A DNA stretch of 64,000 nt from Eledone cirrhosa (taxonomy: Eukaryota), in contig OZ024756.1 in the NCBI GenBank assembly GCA_964016885.1, positions 42,222,001-42,286,000 of the forward strand. Reading direction: 5' to 3'. The notes below the pieces were generated by a model. It worked only from the letters and a program-made list of their open reading frames with translations, did not search any database and was not told where the DNA came from. A program made the translations under genes and the position numbers. This document shows, piece by piece, positions 16,410 to 29,370 of this stretch; position 1 is the stretch's first letter; the number at the start of each line of letters is the position of its first letter.

Positions 16410-16742
16410 ACTTCGCTTTTGTATTTGTTTTGCAAGATTTTTTATCTGAAAACGTGTGTTGAAACAGATAGTATACTTTGGAAGGGTCATGTTGTCAATA
16501 AAAACACATGTTCCTGTTGGGTTTCACTTCAATTTATTATTATAACTTCTCAGTCGGTTGATTTAATAACAGGATGGTTGTTTAGTTGTTGATTGTCACG
16601 AAAGCTCTTTCGTCACACCTTCTGTGACTTCCTCAGTGACTAATTTTGTTGTTAGTTTGTTTTGTCTTACACCAGCATGTTTTTGTCAACAAGTGCGTGT
16701 GCTTTTTATTGGCAGCATGACCCTCCCAAAATATAGCAATAT
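16410..16742. mobile_element. Short PLE-derived element with inverted termini and a hammerhead
   Basis: Termini match the 'atgaccctcccaaa.tataacaatatctgttt' end of the 1758-3170 element; sibling at 48912-49175. Confidence 0.65.
16595..16640 (-). ncRNA. Hammerhead ribozyme
   Basis: gtca-CTGAGGA-a-GTCACA-gaagg-TGTGAC-GAAAGAGCTTTC-g-tgac. Confidence 0.7.
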
Positions 16743-16856
16743 ATATATATAGAGAGATTTTGAGTATATGTTGGTTGTATACCAACACCTCAGTATGCAG
16801 GCTGGAGCACTCAACGAAGTGCGCAGGTTGGTTTGGTTACTCCGGAGTAATGTGAA

Positions 16857-17215
16857 ATAAAGTAAAATAAAAAGTCAAATGTTTAAAATTTAGCTTCGTT
16901 TATTACTGCTATATATATTTCGGTGACAGCCATCTTTGGCTGTGACCTCTTCAGGCAGTCCGAATTAGTGTGGTATAGACAAGTACATATGTTGTTGAGG
17001 TGTATAATTTTGTCAATACTCTGATATGCCCAGTTCCTGGTTGGGTTGTTATTTCACTGAGGAACTGGAATCATGAATCATGATTCCAGTTCTTGTCTAT
17101 ACCACACTAATTCGGACTGCCTGAAGAGGTCACAGCCAAAGATGGCTGTCACCGAAATATATATAGCAGTAATAAACGAAGCTAAATTTTAAACATTTGA
17201 CTTTTTATTTTACTT

Positions 17216-17219
<4 letters not shown>
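16857..17219. mobile_element. Foldback element carrying two opposed hammerheads
   Basis: Arms 16857-16983 and 17092-17219 are inverted repeats; ends in (TA)n. Confidence 0.8.
17116..17170 (+). ncRNA. Hammerhead ribozyme (mirror copy at 16905-16959, minus strand)
   Basis: actgc-CTGAAGA-ggtcacagcc-aaagat-ggctgtcacc-GAAATATATATA-gcagt; 5-bp helix I and long helix II. Confidence 0.85.
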
Positions 17220-17280
<61 letters not shown>

Positions 17281-17283
<3 letters not shown>

Positions 17284-17399
17284 AGATTAAAGTTTAAGCA
17301 AAGAATCGCTGCTTTCACCCTTAACGGGATCTTCTGAAACTTTCAGAAGATCCCGTTAAGGGTGAAAGCAGCGATTCTTTGCTTAAACTTTAATCTGTT
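17281..17399. repeat. ~119-bp palindrome of a dispersed (TA)n-associated family
   Basis: Centre at 17340; related copies at 9510-9640, 28355-28520, 46385-46435. Confidence 0.85.
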
Positions 17400-17483
17400 A
17401 TTTTAATAAATATTTGCTCTACGGTTCTATATTTGATATATATTTATCCTTATCGAGCCCTCTTTGGATTTTAGTCTTCAATT

Positions 17484-17550
<67 letters not shown>

Positions 17551-17697
17551 AGAGAGAGAGAGAGTCTTGAGTTCAATGGGGGTAACCACAGTAAGTAAAG
17601 TACTCAATACATTAGTAGAGTGTAAACATCAAGTTTAATATAGAAATGGCTTCTACAGGACTAGAACTGTTTCATTCAAAAGAAATCACCTGGAAAG

Positions 17698-17732
<35 letters not shown>

Positions 17733-18349
17733 GCAGAAGTTATATTTAATTTGTTGGGATTCCAACAAGCTTAAAAGTTTATAACTGACATAAAACACTC
17801 AACAGTTTACTGGAGTAAATATTCAATATATTAATAAATGGAGACTATATTTATAAAACCATATTTTATTATATATATTTCAAGGACAACCAAGGCATAT
17901 ATATATATACAGAGCGTAAGGTGGCGATGGTTGTGGTGATGTTGAAGTATGTGGTGGTGGTTGTGGTGCTTCTGTGGTTGTTGGTATTGGTAGTGATGGT
18001 GGTAGTGGTGGTGTTAGTGGAGTTGGAGGTGGTGATAGTGGAGGTGGTGGTGGTGGTGTTGACATTCGTAGTCATGACATCTTAAACCAGTCGTCTGTGT
18101 TCTCGTGTTTATACAGGTCTCCACTCATTCAGGTTTCATAGGAGTACCCCCCCCCCCACTAACACACACATACCACCAGACACACAGACATAAACATAAA
18201 CATACACACACATACACACATACAACCAGACACACAGACAGAAACATAAACACACACACATACACAAACATCTACAAACACATACAACCAGGCACACACC
18301 CACACTCAAACACGAGCATATACAACGAATTAACGCCCATTCTCATCTC

Positions 18350-18816
18350 ATACAGCGCTCAAATCTAACCCCATTTAACGCTCAATACTTACCTTACATT
18401 GCGCTCAAATCTCACCTCACTTAACGCTCAAATCTCACTCATTTAACGCTCAAATCTTCCCTCACATGACGCTCAAATCTCACCTCACATAATGCTCAAA
18501 TCTCACCTCGTATAACGTTCAAATCTCACCTCACATAACACTCAAATCTTACCTCAATTAACGCTCAAATCTTACCTCACATAACGCTCAAATCTTCCCC
18601 CACATAACGCTCAAATCTTACCTCACTTAACGCTCAAATCTTACCTCACTTAACGCTCAAATCTTACCTCACTTAACGCTCAAATCTTACCTCACATAAC
18701 GCTCAAATCTTACCTCACATAACGCTCAAATCTTCCCCCACATAACGCTCAAATCTTACCTCACTTAACGCTCAAATCTTCCTTCACATAACGCTCAAAT
18801 CTTACCTCACATAACG
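18350..18816. repeat. 23-bp minisatellite (cttacctcacataacgctcaaat), ~20 copies
   Basis: Directly visible; the minus strand contains GAG|GTAAGA. Confidence 0.95.
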
Positions 18817-18877
18817 TTCTAACCGGTTTTCTCAACCAGAAACAAACGCCGTGCCTTCTACGTCCATTGTTCTCCAT
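18806..18877 (-). CDS. HHD-PDZ-PDZ protein, candidate first coding exon
   Basis: ATG MENNGRRRHGVCFWLRKPVRTLCE|gtaaga; phase 0 matches exon 2. Confidence 0.6.
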
Positions 18878-19327
18878 TCATAAGTTTGAAATGTCGTCTG
18901 CTGTTTAAAATATCCATATCTACTAACGTCTGTGAATGTGTGAATGGACGTGATGGTAGTGATGTGATGGTGGTGTTGGTGGGGTGGAAGTGGTGGTAGT
19001 ATGGCGGTGGTGGTGGAAGTGATGGTAGTGATGTGATGGTGGTAGTGATGGTGGTGATTACAAGGTATAACGGTGTAATATTAAAATGGACTGAAGTGGA
19101 CAGAAAGATGTTGACTGGCTTATGGAGGATTGAAAGTTTTAATAGCCTGGGATGGTGGGATAGTGTTAGTTAATGTCCAATGACTGACAGGAGAGAGATG
19201 GAGGTATATATATCTCTTAAGTATAATGTGCCAAGTATAAATACAATGCATTTGAAGTGTGTTGGACTTCTTTCGTTATATATATTTTTCCATGGGCTGT
19301 AAAATAAAAACTGAAAAAGTTTACACA

Positions 19328-19400
19328 TGCCTCTTGACCAGGATTGAACCTGAGACCAGGATCTCCACCGTCTCTAGTACTTACCACTAGGCCACAGAGA
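19328..19400 (-). other. tRNA-like/Pol III head (SINE-type, not a functional tRNA)
   Basis: A box TGGCCTAGTGG and B box GGTTCAATCC; no convincing anticodon arm. Confidence 0.5.
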
Positions 19401-19769
19401 CAACTACGAAAATCTTAGGAAAATTCATACTTATAAACCTACTTTAAAATTTTCAAAACAAAGTGTTGTGGTGTCCTTCATGCCTTTCTTAATGTTATTG
19501 CTCCTCCTTAAGGTTGACTTCTAAATCATTTGGGTGTTCTATAAACCATATACTCGTTTTGTTTCACATCTATCTAGACTATATTTTAACTTGTAATCCC
19601 TGTTCATTTATGTTGCACCTCATTTCTCCGCCCCCCCTCTCTCTCTCTCTTTCTCTCTGTGATATTAGATTCAAACTTACAATGATTGGCATGGCATTAT
19701 ATATATGTATATATATATGTATATATATATACAATGGCAGACTGGGTCTAAAAATATTGGTTGCCAGAT

Positions 19770-19900
19770 GAAGGGAGTCCACCTACATATAGAATGAAGG
19801 GGGTCCACCTACATATAGAATGAAGGGGGTCCACCTACATATAGAATGAAGGGGGTCCACCTACATATAGAACGAAGGGGGTCCACCTACATATAGAATG
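19770..19900. repeat. 26-bp tandem repeat x5
   Basis: gaagggggtccacctacatatagaat. Confidence 0.9.
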
Positions 19901-20192
19901 CTATCATTTAAATTTTATAATGAATAAATAACATTTTCGAAAAATACATAAGTGGAAACAAAACAGTGCAATCAAATTTTTGCGGAAAAATATCTGACCT
20001 TCTCTAATAAAAGATATGTATTTTGCGAAATCCAGAGACTTTCAATAATGACCTTTGGTCTTTCACACTCACTCAATATATATATATGACTTGAAGGCGG
20101 CCGACCGAACTAGAAACTGCTAAATGTGTGGCCGCCTTCTTGTCTCTCTGCCGTTTCAGCCCCATGGATTATATTCCTTTGTTAAATTTCGA

Positions 20193-20250
20193 ATACCTGA
20201 TGATGTCACCGGATTCATACTGAACCCGGTCATTGAAATGTTCATAGTAT
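20193..20250 (+). ncRNA. Hammerhead ribozyme in a ~300-bp element (20090-20390) flanked by (TA)n
   Basis: atac-CTGATGA-tgtcaccggattcatactgaacccggtcatt-GAAATGttCATA-gtat. Confidence 0.75.
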
Positions 20251-20395
20251 AATAAACCTTTAAGGAATTACACCAGTCCGAATAACTATGTGTATACTCT
20301 GGGAATGTATCTTACATTGCCCATTGAGTACGCTGAGATACAACCGGTCCTGGCATTGATAAATATGCTGGGTCCGTCAACTCCTTATTATTATA

Positions 20396-20460
<65 letters not shown>

Positions 20461-20594
20461 CTATATCTATCTCTCTCTCTCTATATATATATATATACAC
20501 CACCTTCACCACTAATTGATTTGGTAGATGTCTTTAACCCATTGATACCAAATATTATTTGGTAAGTAGTTCGTGTGTAAGTATATATATACAT

Positions 20595-20631
<37 letters not shown>

Positions 20632-20648
20632 CACGCACACATATATAT

Positions 20649-20701
<53 letters not shown>

Positions 20702-20832
20702 CATACATATATACACGCACACATATATATACACACACACACACATACTCATATATATATATATATATACATTTTCTTATATATATATATATGGAGGAAG
20801 TTATAGTTCACTTGAAGCATTATGTAATGAGG

Positions 20833-20956
20833 TATAAACGTTTGTATTTGTAAAGCCAAAACAATGCAGGTATGGATATAGAATATAAATGCAAATGCAT
20901 TTATATTCTATATCCATACCTGCATTGTTTTGGCTTTACAAATACAAACGTTTATA
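20833..20956. repeat. ~124-bp palindrome within (TA)n
   Basis: tataaacgtttg...ataaatgca/tgcatttat...caaacgtttata. Confidence 0.85.
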
Positions 20957-20957
20957 T

Positions 20958-21016
<59 letters not shown>

Positions 21017-21328
21017 TGCATGCATGAATGAATACACTAAACTTTAGATTTAGTAGAATGTTCAACCATTAATTCCAGATATTTTCACTATTATATATTT
21101 TGGTTTCTAGTAATTCCGTGGGGAATTGGTTGACCAAATGCTTTGCTTAATTGTTTTATTCATCTAAAAAAAATGTTATTCTTTCTCTTAGATTTCAAGT
21201 ATTTTTTGAAAGCAAAGCATTGACCCCTAAAATACTACAGTGGGCCCTGCAATACTATTGTGGGCCCTTGCAATGCTACCGTAGGCCCCCTGGAGCCCAC
21301 TTACCATTGGGCAACCTGGCCAGTCCGC

Positions 21329-21388
<60 letters not shown>

Positions 21389-21999
21389 GAGTGTCGAAAC
21401 ATTTTGTGTGCATTTTAAGGTTATAAGTGTAGCGAATCTAAGCAGAGAGATTTGTGACTTTTGTTTCCCGGTTAACGAAATATATCATGTGACCACACAC
21501 GCCGCCATTTTGACCACGTGCATATTTATTGCCTTTGTTTTGGGACTCGTGTCACCAAATTGTCTAGAGGAATGGTTTTCTGGGGGAGGCCATCTGCTTA
21601 TTGTCAGAAATAACAGACCCTTCATAAATAGTGTGCTCTCTGCTGTCCAAGCAAGTTCGGTTCAGTTCATTAAAGAAATCCACACGATGTTGTTTGTCAA
21701 ACAGACTCACTCTGACCTGCTGAGTGTCAGCACTTTCGTTTAGTGAGCTAAGACAGTCTGTCTCCAGTTTCGATATCAACAAAGGTAGTTACATACAACT
21801 TTTAAGACTACAACTACTTCGCCATTCACACAAACATAACACAGTTTTATTGGAACTCTTTGTTGATTTTCTTATGTTATTACAATAACCTCGAATCAAG
21901 TTATTTACTAATAAAATCATTAAAGTAGCGGCTCTTGTTATCGTTTATTCACTACTGGCTGTGGCAACTATACATCTCACCACACTGAGACAGCCATAC

Positions 22000-24208
22000 A
22001 TCTACCACATCTGTCACTGATACAACCACATCTGCCACTGAGACAAACACATCTGACACTGAGATAACCATATCTGCCACTGCTACAACCACATCTGCCA
22101 CTGCTACAACCACATCTGCCACTGCTACAACCACATCTGTCACTGAGACAAACACATCTGTCACTGCTACAACCACATCTGTCACTGCTACAACCACATC
22201 TGCCACTGATACAACCACATCTGCCACTGCTACAACCACATCTGTCACTGAGACAAACACATCTGTCACTGCTACAACCACATCTGTCACTGCTACAACC
22301 ACATCTGTCACTGCTACAACCACATCTGTCACTGAGACAACCACATCTGCCACTGATACAACCACATCTGTCACTGCTACAACCACATCTGTCACTGCTA
22401 CAACCACATCTGTCACTGCTACAACCACATCTGTCACTGAGACAAACATATCTGCCACTGAGACAAACATATCTGCCACTGATACAACCACATCTGTCAC
22501 TGCTACAACCACATCTGTCACTGCTACAACCACATCTGTCACTGCTACAACCACATCTGTCACTGAGACAAACATATCTGCCACTGAGACAAACATATCT
22601 GCCACTGATACAACCACATCTGTCACTGCTACAACCACATCTGTCACTGAGACAAACATATCTGCCACTGAGACAACCATATCTGTCACTGCTACAACCA
22701 CATCTGTCACTGCTACAACCACATCTGTCACTGAGACAAACATATCTGCCACTGATACAACCATATCTGCCACTGCTACAACCACATCTGTCACTGAGAC
22801 AACCACATCTGCCACTGATACAACCACATCTGTCACTGAGACAAACATATCTGCCACTGATACAACCATATCTGCCACTGAGATAAACACATCTGCCACT
22901 GAGACAACCACATCTGCCACTGATACAACCACATCTGTCACTGAGACAAACATATCTGCCACTGATACAACCATATCTGCCACTGAGATAAACACATCTG
23001 CCACTGATACAACCATATCTGCCACTGAGATAAACACATCTGCCACTGAGACAACCACATCTGCCACTGATACAACCACATCTGTCACTGAGACAAACAT
23101 ATCTGCCACTGATACAACCATATCTGCCACTGAGATAAACACATCTGCCACTGATACAACCATATCTGCCACTGAGACAAACATATCTGCCACTGATACA
23201 ACCACATGTGTCACTGAGACAAACATATCTGCCACTGATACAACCACATCTGCCACTGATACAACCACATCTGTCACTGCTACAACCACATCTGCCACTG
23301 ATACAACCACATCTGTCACTGAGACAAACATATCTGCCACTGATACAACCATATCTGCCACTGAGACAACCACATCTGCCACTGATACAACCACATCTGT
23401 CACTGAGACAACCACATCTGCCACTGATACAACCATATCTGCCACTGAGACAACCACATCTGCCACTGATACAACCACATCTGTCACTGAGACAACCATA
23501 TCTGCCACTGATACAACCATATCTGCCACTGAGACAACCACATCTGCCACTGATACAACCACATGTGTCACTGAGACAAACATATCTGCCACTGATACAA
23601 CCACATCTGCCACTGATACAACCACATCTGTCACTGCTACAACCACATCTGCCACTGATACAACCACATCTGTCACTGAGACAAACATATCTGCCACTGA
23701 TACAACCATATCTGCCACTGAGACAACCACATCTGCCACTGATACAACCACATCTGTCACTGAGACAACCACATCTGCCACTGATACAACCATATCTGCC
23801 ACTGAGACAACCACATCTGCCACTGATACAACCACATCTGTCACTGAGACAACCATATCTGCCACTGATACAACCATATCTGCCACTGAGACAACCACAT
23901 CTGCCACTGATACAACCACATCTGTCACTGAGACAACCACATCTGCCACTGATACAACCACATCTGTCACTGAGACAACCATATCTGCCACTGATACAAC
24001 CATATCTGCCACTGAGACAACCACATCTGCCACTGATACAACCACATGTGTCACTGAGACAAACATATCTGCCACTGATACAACCACATGTGTCACTGAG
24101 ACAAACATATCTGCCACTGAGACAACCACATCTGCCACTGAGACAAACATATCTGCCACTGAGACAACCACATCTGCCACTGAGACAACCACATCTGCCA
24201 CTGATACA
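22000..24208. repeat. 21-bp minisatellite, ~105 copies
   Basis: Unit acaaccacatctgccactgat; no indels apparent; 357-bp higher-order duplication (23204/23561). Confidence 0.97.
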
Positions 24209-25274
24209 GTGAACAAGCTAATCAAACAAATCACAAATACTCTTTACACATTTGATTCACTAACATTAAATTCACCCGCCGCTACATAAATATATTTTGC
24301 GTGTATTTCAGGTATATAAATTTATCTCGTGTGTATTTCAGATATATATACATATTTCGTGTACATCTGAACTATATACACATATTTCGTGTACATTTGA
24401 AGGGTATACACATAATTCGTGTGTATTTGAAGGGTTGTAAATATATTTCGTAGGCATTTGTAATTACAATTTCATCCCTAATACATTTTCGAAACTGAAG
24501 AATCTAACGATTTCTAACGCAACCAAAATATAGTTTATACATTTCTGATAGAGGCGCGAATTGTGAGAGTTGTTAGAATGTCAGACAATACTTTGTGGCA
24601 TTAGTTCCGACTCTCTCCCCTCTCAGTTCAAATCCTGCCGAGGTCAACTTTACCTTTCATCCTTTTGGTGTCGATAAAAAAGAACGAGTCTAGTACTGGG
24701 CTCGATTCTTCCTCTATATCTCTTTCTCACTTCCATTCACTCACTAATAATGGTGGAACTGGGGTTAAATATGAATGACAAAACAAATCAATAGTTTTTA
24801 TCGTATTCAATCTAATTGAATCTAGGGCCTTCTCCCTCCTGTTGGGGGAACCCCTTCCTAGTTGACCTCCATTGCTTTCTGTTGGGTTTTGGTCATGTCG
24901 GGGGTGTAGCTGCACTGACCACGCTTGGCCAATTGAGGGTTGGTGAGGCTATCTAATCCATAGTTGGGGTGGATGTCTGTTGACTCTGAGGAGTTCATCC
25001 GCCCCTTTTAACCTCTTGTTTTTTTGTCTGCTGGAGGTTCCCCTCCCCTCTCTGACATCCCACCTCAGACATATACATGGTGTTGCCCTCCTCTCTCCGA
25101 CTCCCCAACTCTACAGAAAAAGTCGAACGAAAAAAAAAAAAATAAATAAAAACCCCCAGAAAAGGAGGAAAATCTCGGAATAGTTTTTACCTTTTCTGTT
25201 GAGTTCTCATGATAGATTACCTGCTTAGTAATCCTTTAATCTGTCTCTTTCGGTAAATGGAGTTACTTTCCAAA

Positions 25275-25465
25275 GTTACTTAAAATCCAGGTGAAACCCA
25301 GGCAAACAGGGAATACCCGGATGTAACGTTTAGTAATAATTAACTGTACTTAAAATCCAGGGGAAACCCAGGCAAACAGGGAATACCTGGATGTAACGTT
25401 TAGTAATAATTAACTGTACTTAAAATCCAGGTGAAACCCAGGTAAACAGGGAATACCTGGATGTG
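25275..25465. repeat. ~71-bp tandem repeat, ~2.6 copies
   Basis: acttaaaatccaggtgaaacccaggcaaacagggaatacc... Confidence 0.85.
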
Positions 25466-25891
25466 GCCGGAACGTCTGTTAGCTCCGTAAAATCCTGGGT
25501 TAACTCGGGCAAGCATGGAAAAAGGATGTAAAACGGTAACTTTTAACGGCGTGTCTTTAAATCTTTTGTGTAATAAATATGGGAGTGTGCTTTTCTTTTT
25601 AGCTTTTTTACGAGAAAAAAAGCTTTAGTTGGTTGACACTGAAATAACTGGATCTTGTTTAATACAGTAGCAGAGGTTGAGAAATATGTGTGTAGGTGCT
25701 GTATCAATGACCAGGTAGCTAACTATCTATCTCTGTCTCTCTATCTACCTGTCTCTGTGTGTATACCACACACACACACACACATATATATATATTTTTG
25801 TGGTGTGTGTGTAAGAACATATACATACAGGGTGTCCCAAAAAATGTATACACACTTCAACAGTATTCTAATCAAAGTGTATATACATTCT

Positions 25892-26058
<167 letters not shown>

Positions 26059-26059
26059 C

Positions 26060-26096
<37 letters not shown>

Positions 26097-26550
26097 TTAA
26101 ACTCTAAGAATTGTTAGGTTGTTTGCTGAAGACGTTAAGATGGCGGCAGAGCTGAATGGCAGAAATAGGTGGAGTAATGTTGGTTTATTTATTCAAGACG
26201 CCCTGTTCCGTTACATCATTCGGTAACGTAGTTATGTGACGATATATATATATTTCTCTGTGTGTGTGTGTGTGTGTGTGTTGATGGGTGTGTGTGTGGA
26301 TGTCAGTGTGGGTGTGTGTGGATGTCTGTGTGTGTTGATGGGTGTGTGTGTGGATGTCTGTGTGTGTTGATGGGTGTGTGTGTGGATGTCTGTGTGTGTT
26401 GATGGGTGTGAGCGTGTCTGTGAATTTACCTGAGTGTACATATATATATATATAGGCACATATAAACATGTATTCACACCTTCACACATACACACACGTA
26501 CATATACACATACATACGGACCTATCAGACTTAATATAGCAGGAAGAGGG

Positions 26551-26586
26551 TCTTAACGTTTCGGACGCTGGTCCTTCATCAGGAAA
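26551..26586 (-). ncRNA. Minimal hammerhead ribozyme (sibling of 13851)
   Basis: CTGATGA-a-GGAC-cagc-GTCC-GAAACGTT-aaga. Confidence 0.7.
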
Positions 26587-27078
26587 TAGAAAGAGAGAGG
26601 AACAAAAGTTTAAAAAATTCTTTGAGAAAAAGCAGGTCTATTTATTTCATCGTGTGTGTATGTGTGGTTGTGTGGGTGTGTGTGGGTATGTGTGTGGGTG
26701 TGTGTGTGGTGGGGGTGAATGAGAGTTGTGAATTGAGGTGTGTGTGTGTGTGGTTGTTGTTTTTTTCAAAAGTAACAAAGTAATTGCTGGGAATGTCTTG
26801 GTATTTGCATGGAAACACACATGAGTAAATAGTTTTACTGGTAAAGACTACCAACACCACCAACACCACCAACACTACCAACAACACCACCATCAACACC
26901 ACTACCACCAGCACCAAAGAAACCTGTCTATTAGCAAGACGTGAGAACTAAAACATGTATGTATATGTGTATATGTATATGTGTATATATAAACAATGAG
27001 TTATTTAATTTGTTGATTATTCACAAAGTTAATTTGTAACAGATTAGAAGCATTCAACAAAATATCTTCTGGAGTATA

Positions 27079-27366
27079 ATATCAATAATATTAATAAATG
27101 GAAAATATCTTTATAAAACCATATTTTTTAATTATACACATTTCAAGGGCACCAGTATTTTGGTACGCTATCGTCAGATAAAATACATTATTAGGTTTAC
27201 AGATAATGACATATCGACGCTAAGTTCATATGTCGACATGTCATTATCTGTAAACCAAATATTATATTTTATCTGACGAAAGAGTACCAAAGTACTGGTA
27301 TCCTTGAAATATGTATAATAAAAAAAATATGGTTTTATAAAGATATTTTCCATTTATTGATATTAT

Positions 27367-27372
<6 letters not shown>
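27079..27372. mobile_element. Foldback element with hammerheads at 27131-27182(-) and 27269-27321(+)
   Basis: Diverged inverted arms; ttat-CTGACGA-aagagtacca-aagtac-tggtatcctt-GAAATATGTATA-ataa. Confidence 0.7.
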
Positions 27373-27403
<31 letters not shown>

Positions 27404-27413
<10 letters not shown>

Positions 27414-27865
27414 TCACAGGAATCAAAGCTATGTTCAAAGCATTTATTAGCTTACAATTGTTTCATCCAAACCGAGGCTTGGAGTCTTCGGAGCATTTGT
27501 CAATGTTTGTATACATACATGACCTCCTTTCCAACGCAAGAGACATACAGATACATATGTATATATTGATGTACAGTGGGGTGACATATATTATATTATT
27601 TCTGAATGGCAATTTAAATAATTTTTGAATTTAATTTTTGAATTTTTGAATTTAAATTGCCATTCAGAAATAATATAATATATGTCACCCCACTGTACAT
27701 CAATATATACATATGTATCTGTATGTCTCTTGCTGTTGGAAAGGAGGTCATGTATGTGTACAAACATTGAAAAATGCTCCGAAGACTTCAAGCCTCGGTT
27801 TGGATGAAACAATTGTAAGCTAATAAATGCTTTGAACATAGCTTTGATTCCTGTGAATTCTATAT
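27404..27865. mobile_element. Foldback element (~220-bp arms) with a variant hammerhead in each arm
   Basis: 27776-27820: gct-CCGAAGA-cttcaagcc-tc-ggtttggat-GAAACAATTGTA-agc; mirror copy ~27449-27494. Confidence 0.75.
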
Positions 27866-27897
27866 AACTGCTCTGTAGAACAACTGATGTTATTACA

Positions 27898-28080
27898 TAT
27901 TGGCAGTATCGGTAGAGGGTCGGACGCCATGCTTTCCAGCATAGTTACGTCCCTTTACGATCTGAGTTCAAATCCCGCCGAGGTTGACTTTGCCTTTCAT
28001 CCTTACGGGGTCGATAAAATAAAGTACCAGTAATGTACTGGGTAATTGCTGGCATTGTGCCTAAAGTAGAAACAGTTATT
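27898..28080 (+). mobile_element. tRNA-derived SINE (Meta-domain-like core gcctttcatcct...ggggtcgataaa), young subfamily
   Basis: B-box-like gagttcaaatcc; very similar copies at 29790-29955, 46600-46785(-), 52495-52590(-), 63850-64000(-). Confidence 0.8.
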
Positions 28081-28520
28081 ATATTGAGCTATTTATCTTA
28101 CTGGTAATAAGGTAGTAATAAATTACTGACCTTCACTGTTTAGGGTTTAAAATATACATAACTATAAAAAGTTTTAGTATATACATAACCATAAATAGTA
28201 TCCTTAATACTATATATATATATATATTGTTATACTTGGGGAGGGTCATATTGTTGTAATAATATTGCCAGAAAGGAGGCATTTTAGTAGAGTTTTCCGG
28301 AAGTGTTGACGGCTTCACATGCGCACATATATAAAATGTGACGTTGGTATGTACTGAGGGATCGATAAGGATAAATATATATCAAATATATAGAACCATA
28401 GAGCAAATATTTATTAAAATAACAGATTAAAGTTTAAGCAAAGAATCGCTGCTTTCCCCCTAAACGTTAAGGGTAAAAGCAGTGATTCTTTGCTTAAACT
28501 TTAATCTGTTATTTTAATAT

Positions 28521-28552
<32 letters not shown>

Positions 28553-28989
28553 GTGAGTCCCCCGGGTTTAATCGGGTATAACCACAGTAAGGAAGGTACT
28601 CAATTCATTAGTAGAGTGTAAACAACAATTTAATACAGAAATGGCTTCTACAGGGTCCCTATCATTCCACAGCAAAGTGGTCATGGAGGTGCCACAGCAA
28701 AAAAGCAGCCACCACTCACTGTAAATGAGGTTGGTGAGGGCATCCAGCTGTAGAAATCAAACCAGAATCAGTTCCCACCCCACCCTTGCAAGCAGGGAAA
28801 AGCAGACGTAAAATGATGATGAAATAATCACAACTATTTTTATAACCACACGTACATCTAAAAAAAACTATAATTAACTTTCAATGTTTTCCGGAAGGGT
28901 TGACGGCTTCACATGCGCACATATATAAAATGTGATGTTGGTATGTACTGTGTGCTTCTCTTATTTTCTGTTACGCCATCGAAGTAGAA

Positions 28990-29370
28990 GCTACAAGGAT
29001 CTAACCAAATTATTTATTCATGGTTATTTAATTTATGGCTTCAAATCCTACCTAAATGCAGAAGCATGGCGTCATTACATTAATAGTTTTGGGGTCACAC
29101 CATGTCTGAACACAGGGACTGGTTCGCCACATGGTTCTGTTCTGGTGATTACAGCCTTAAAGATTGACACCTCACAAGACGTCCATCTGACTTCAACTAC
29201 GAGCAACTGTGTGAACTGGTGGAAGTTGACCCTCATCAACCCTCCAAAGTGCTTGAGACATCAAAAACAACCATCCTTAATCACTTCCATGTAACAGGGA
29301 AGGTGCCCAAGGAGGACCAATCAGTGCCCCACAATCTGACTGACGATAATCGTGAATGTTGGGCGAAGGC
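28990..29370 (+). pseudogene. Decayed mariner transposase (N-terminal HTH region)
   Basis: Frameshifted motifs SGDYSL.D, RPSDFNYEQLCELVEVDPHQ and VPHNLT (WVPHEL-like). Confidence 0.7.

Noticed and set aside
17341-17380. CAGAAGA-tccc-gttaa-gggt-GAAAGC hammerhead-like motif (also 9574, and CAGATGA at 54586)
   Set aside because: U4A core and unconvincing helices I/III; not counted as ribozymes, though they may be variants
21497-21522. YY1-like GCCGCCATTTT plus E-box CACGTG as a promoter
   Set aside because: Short motifs with no independent TSS evidence
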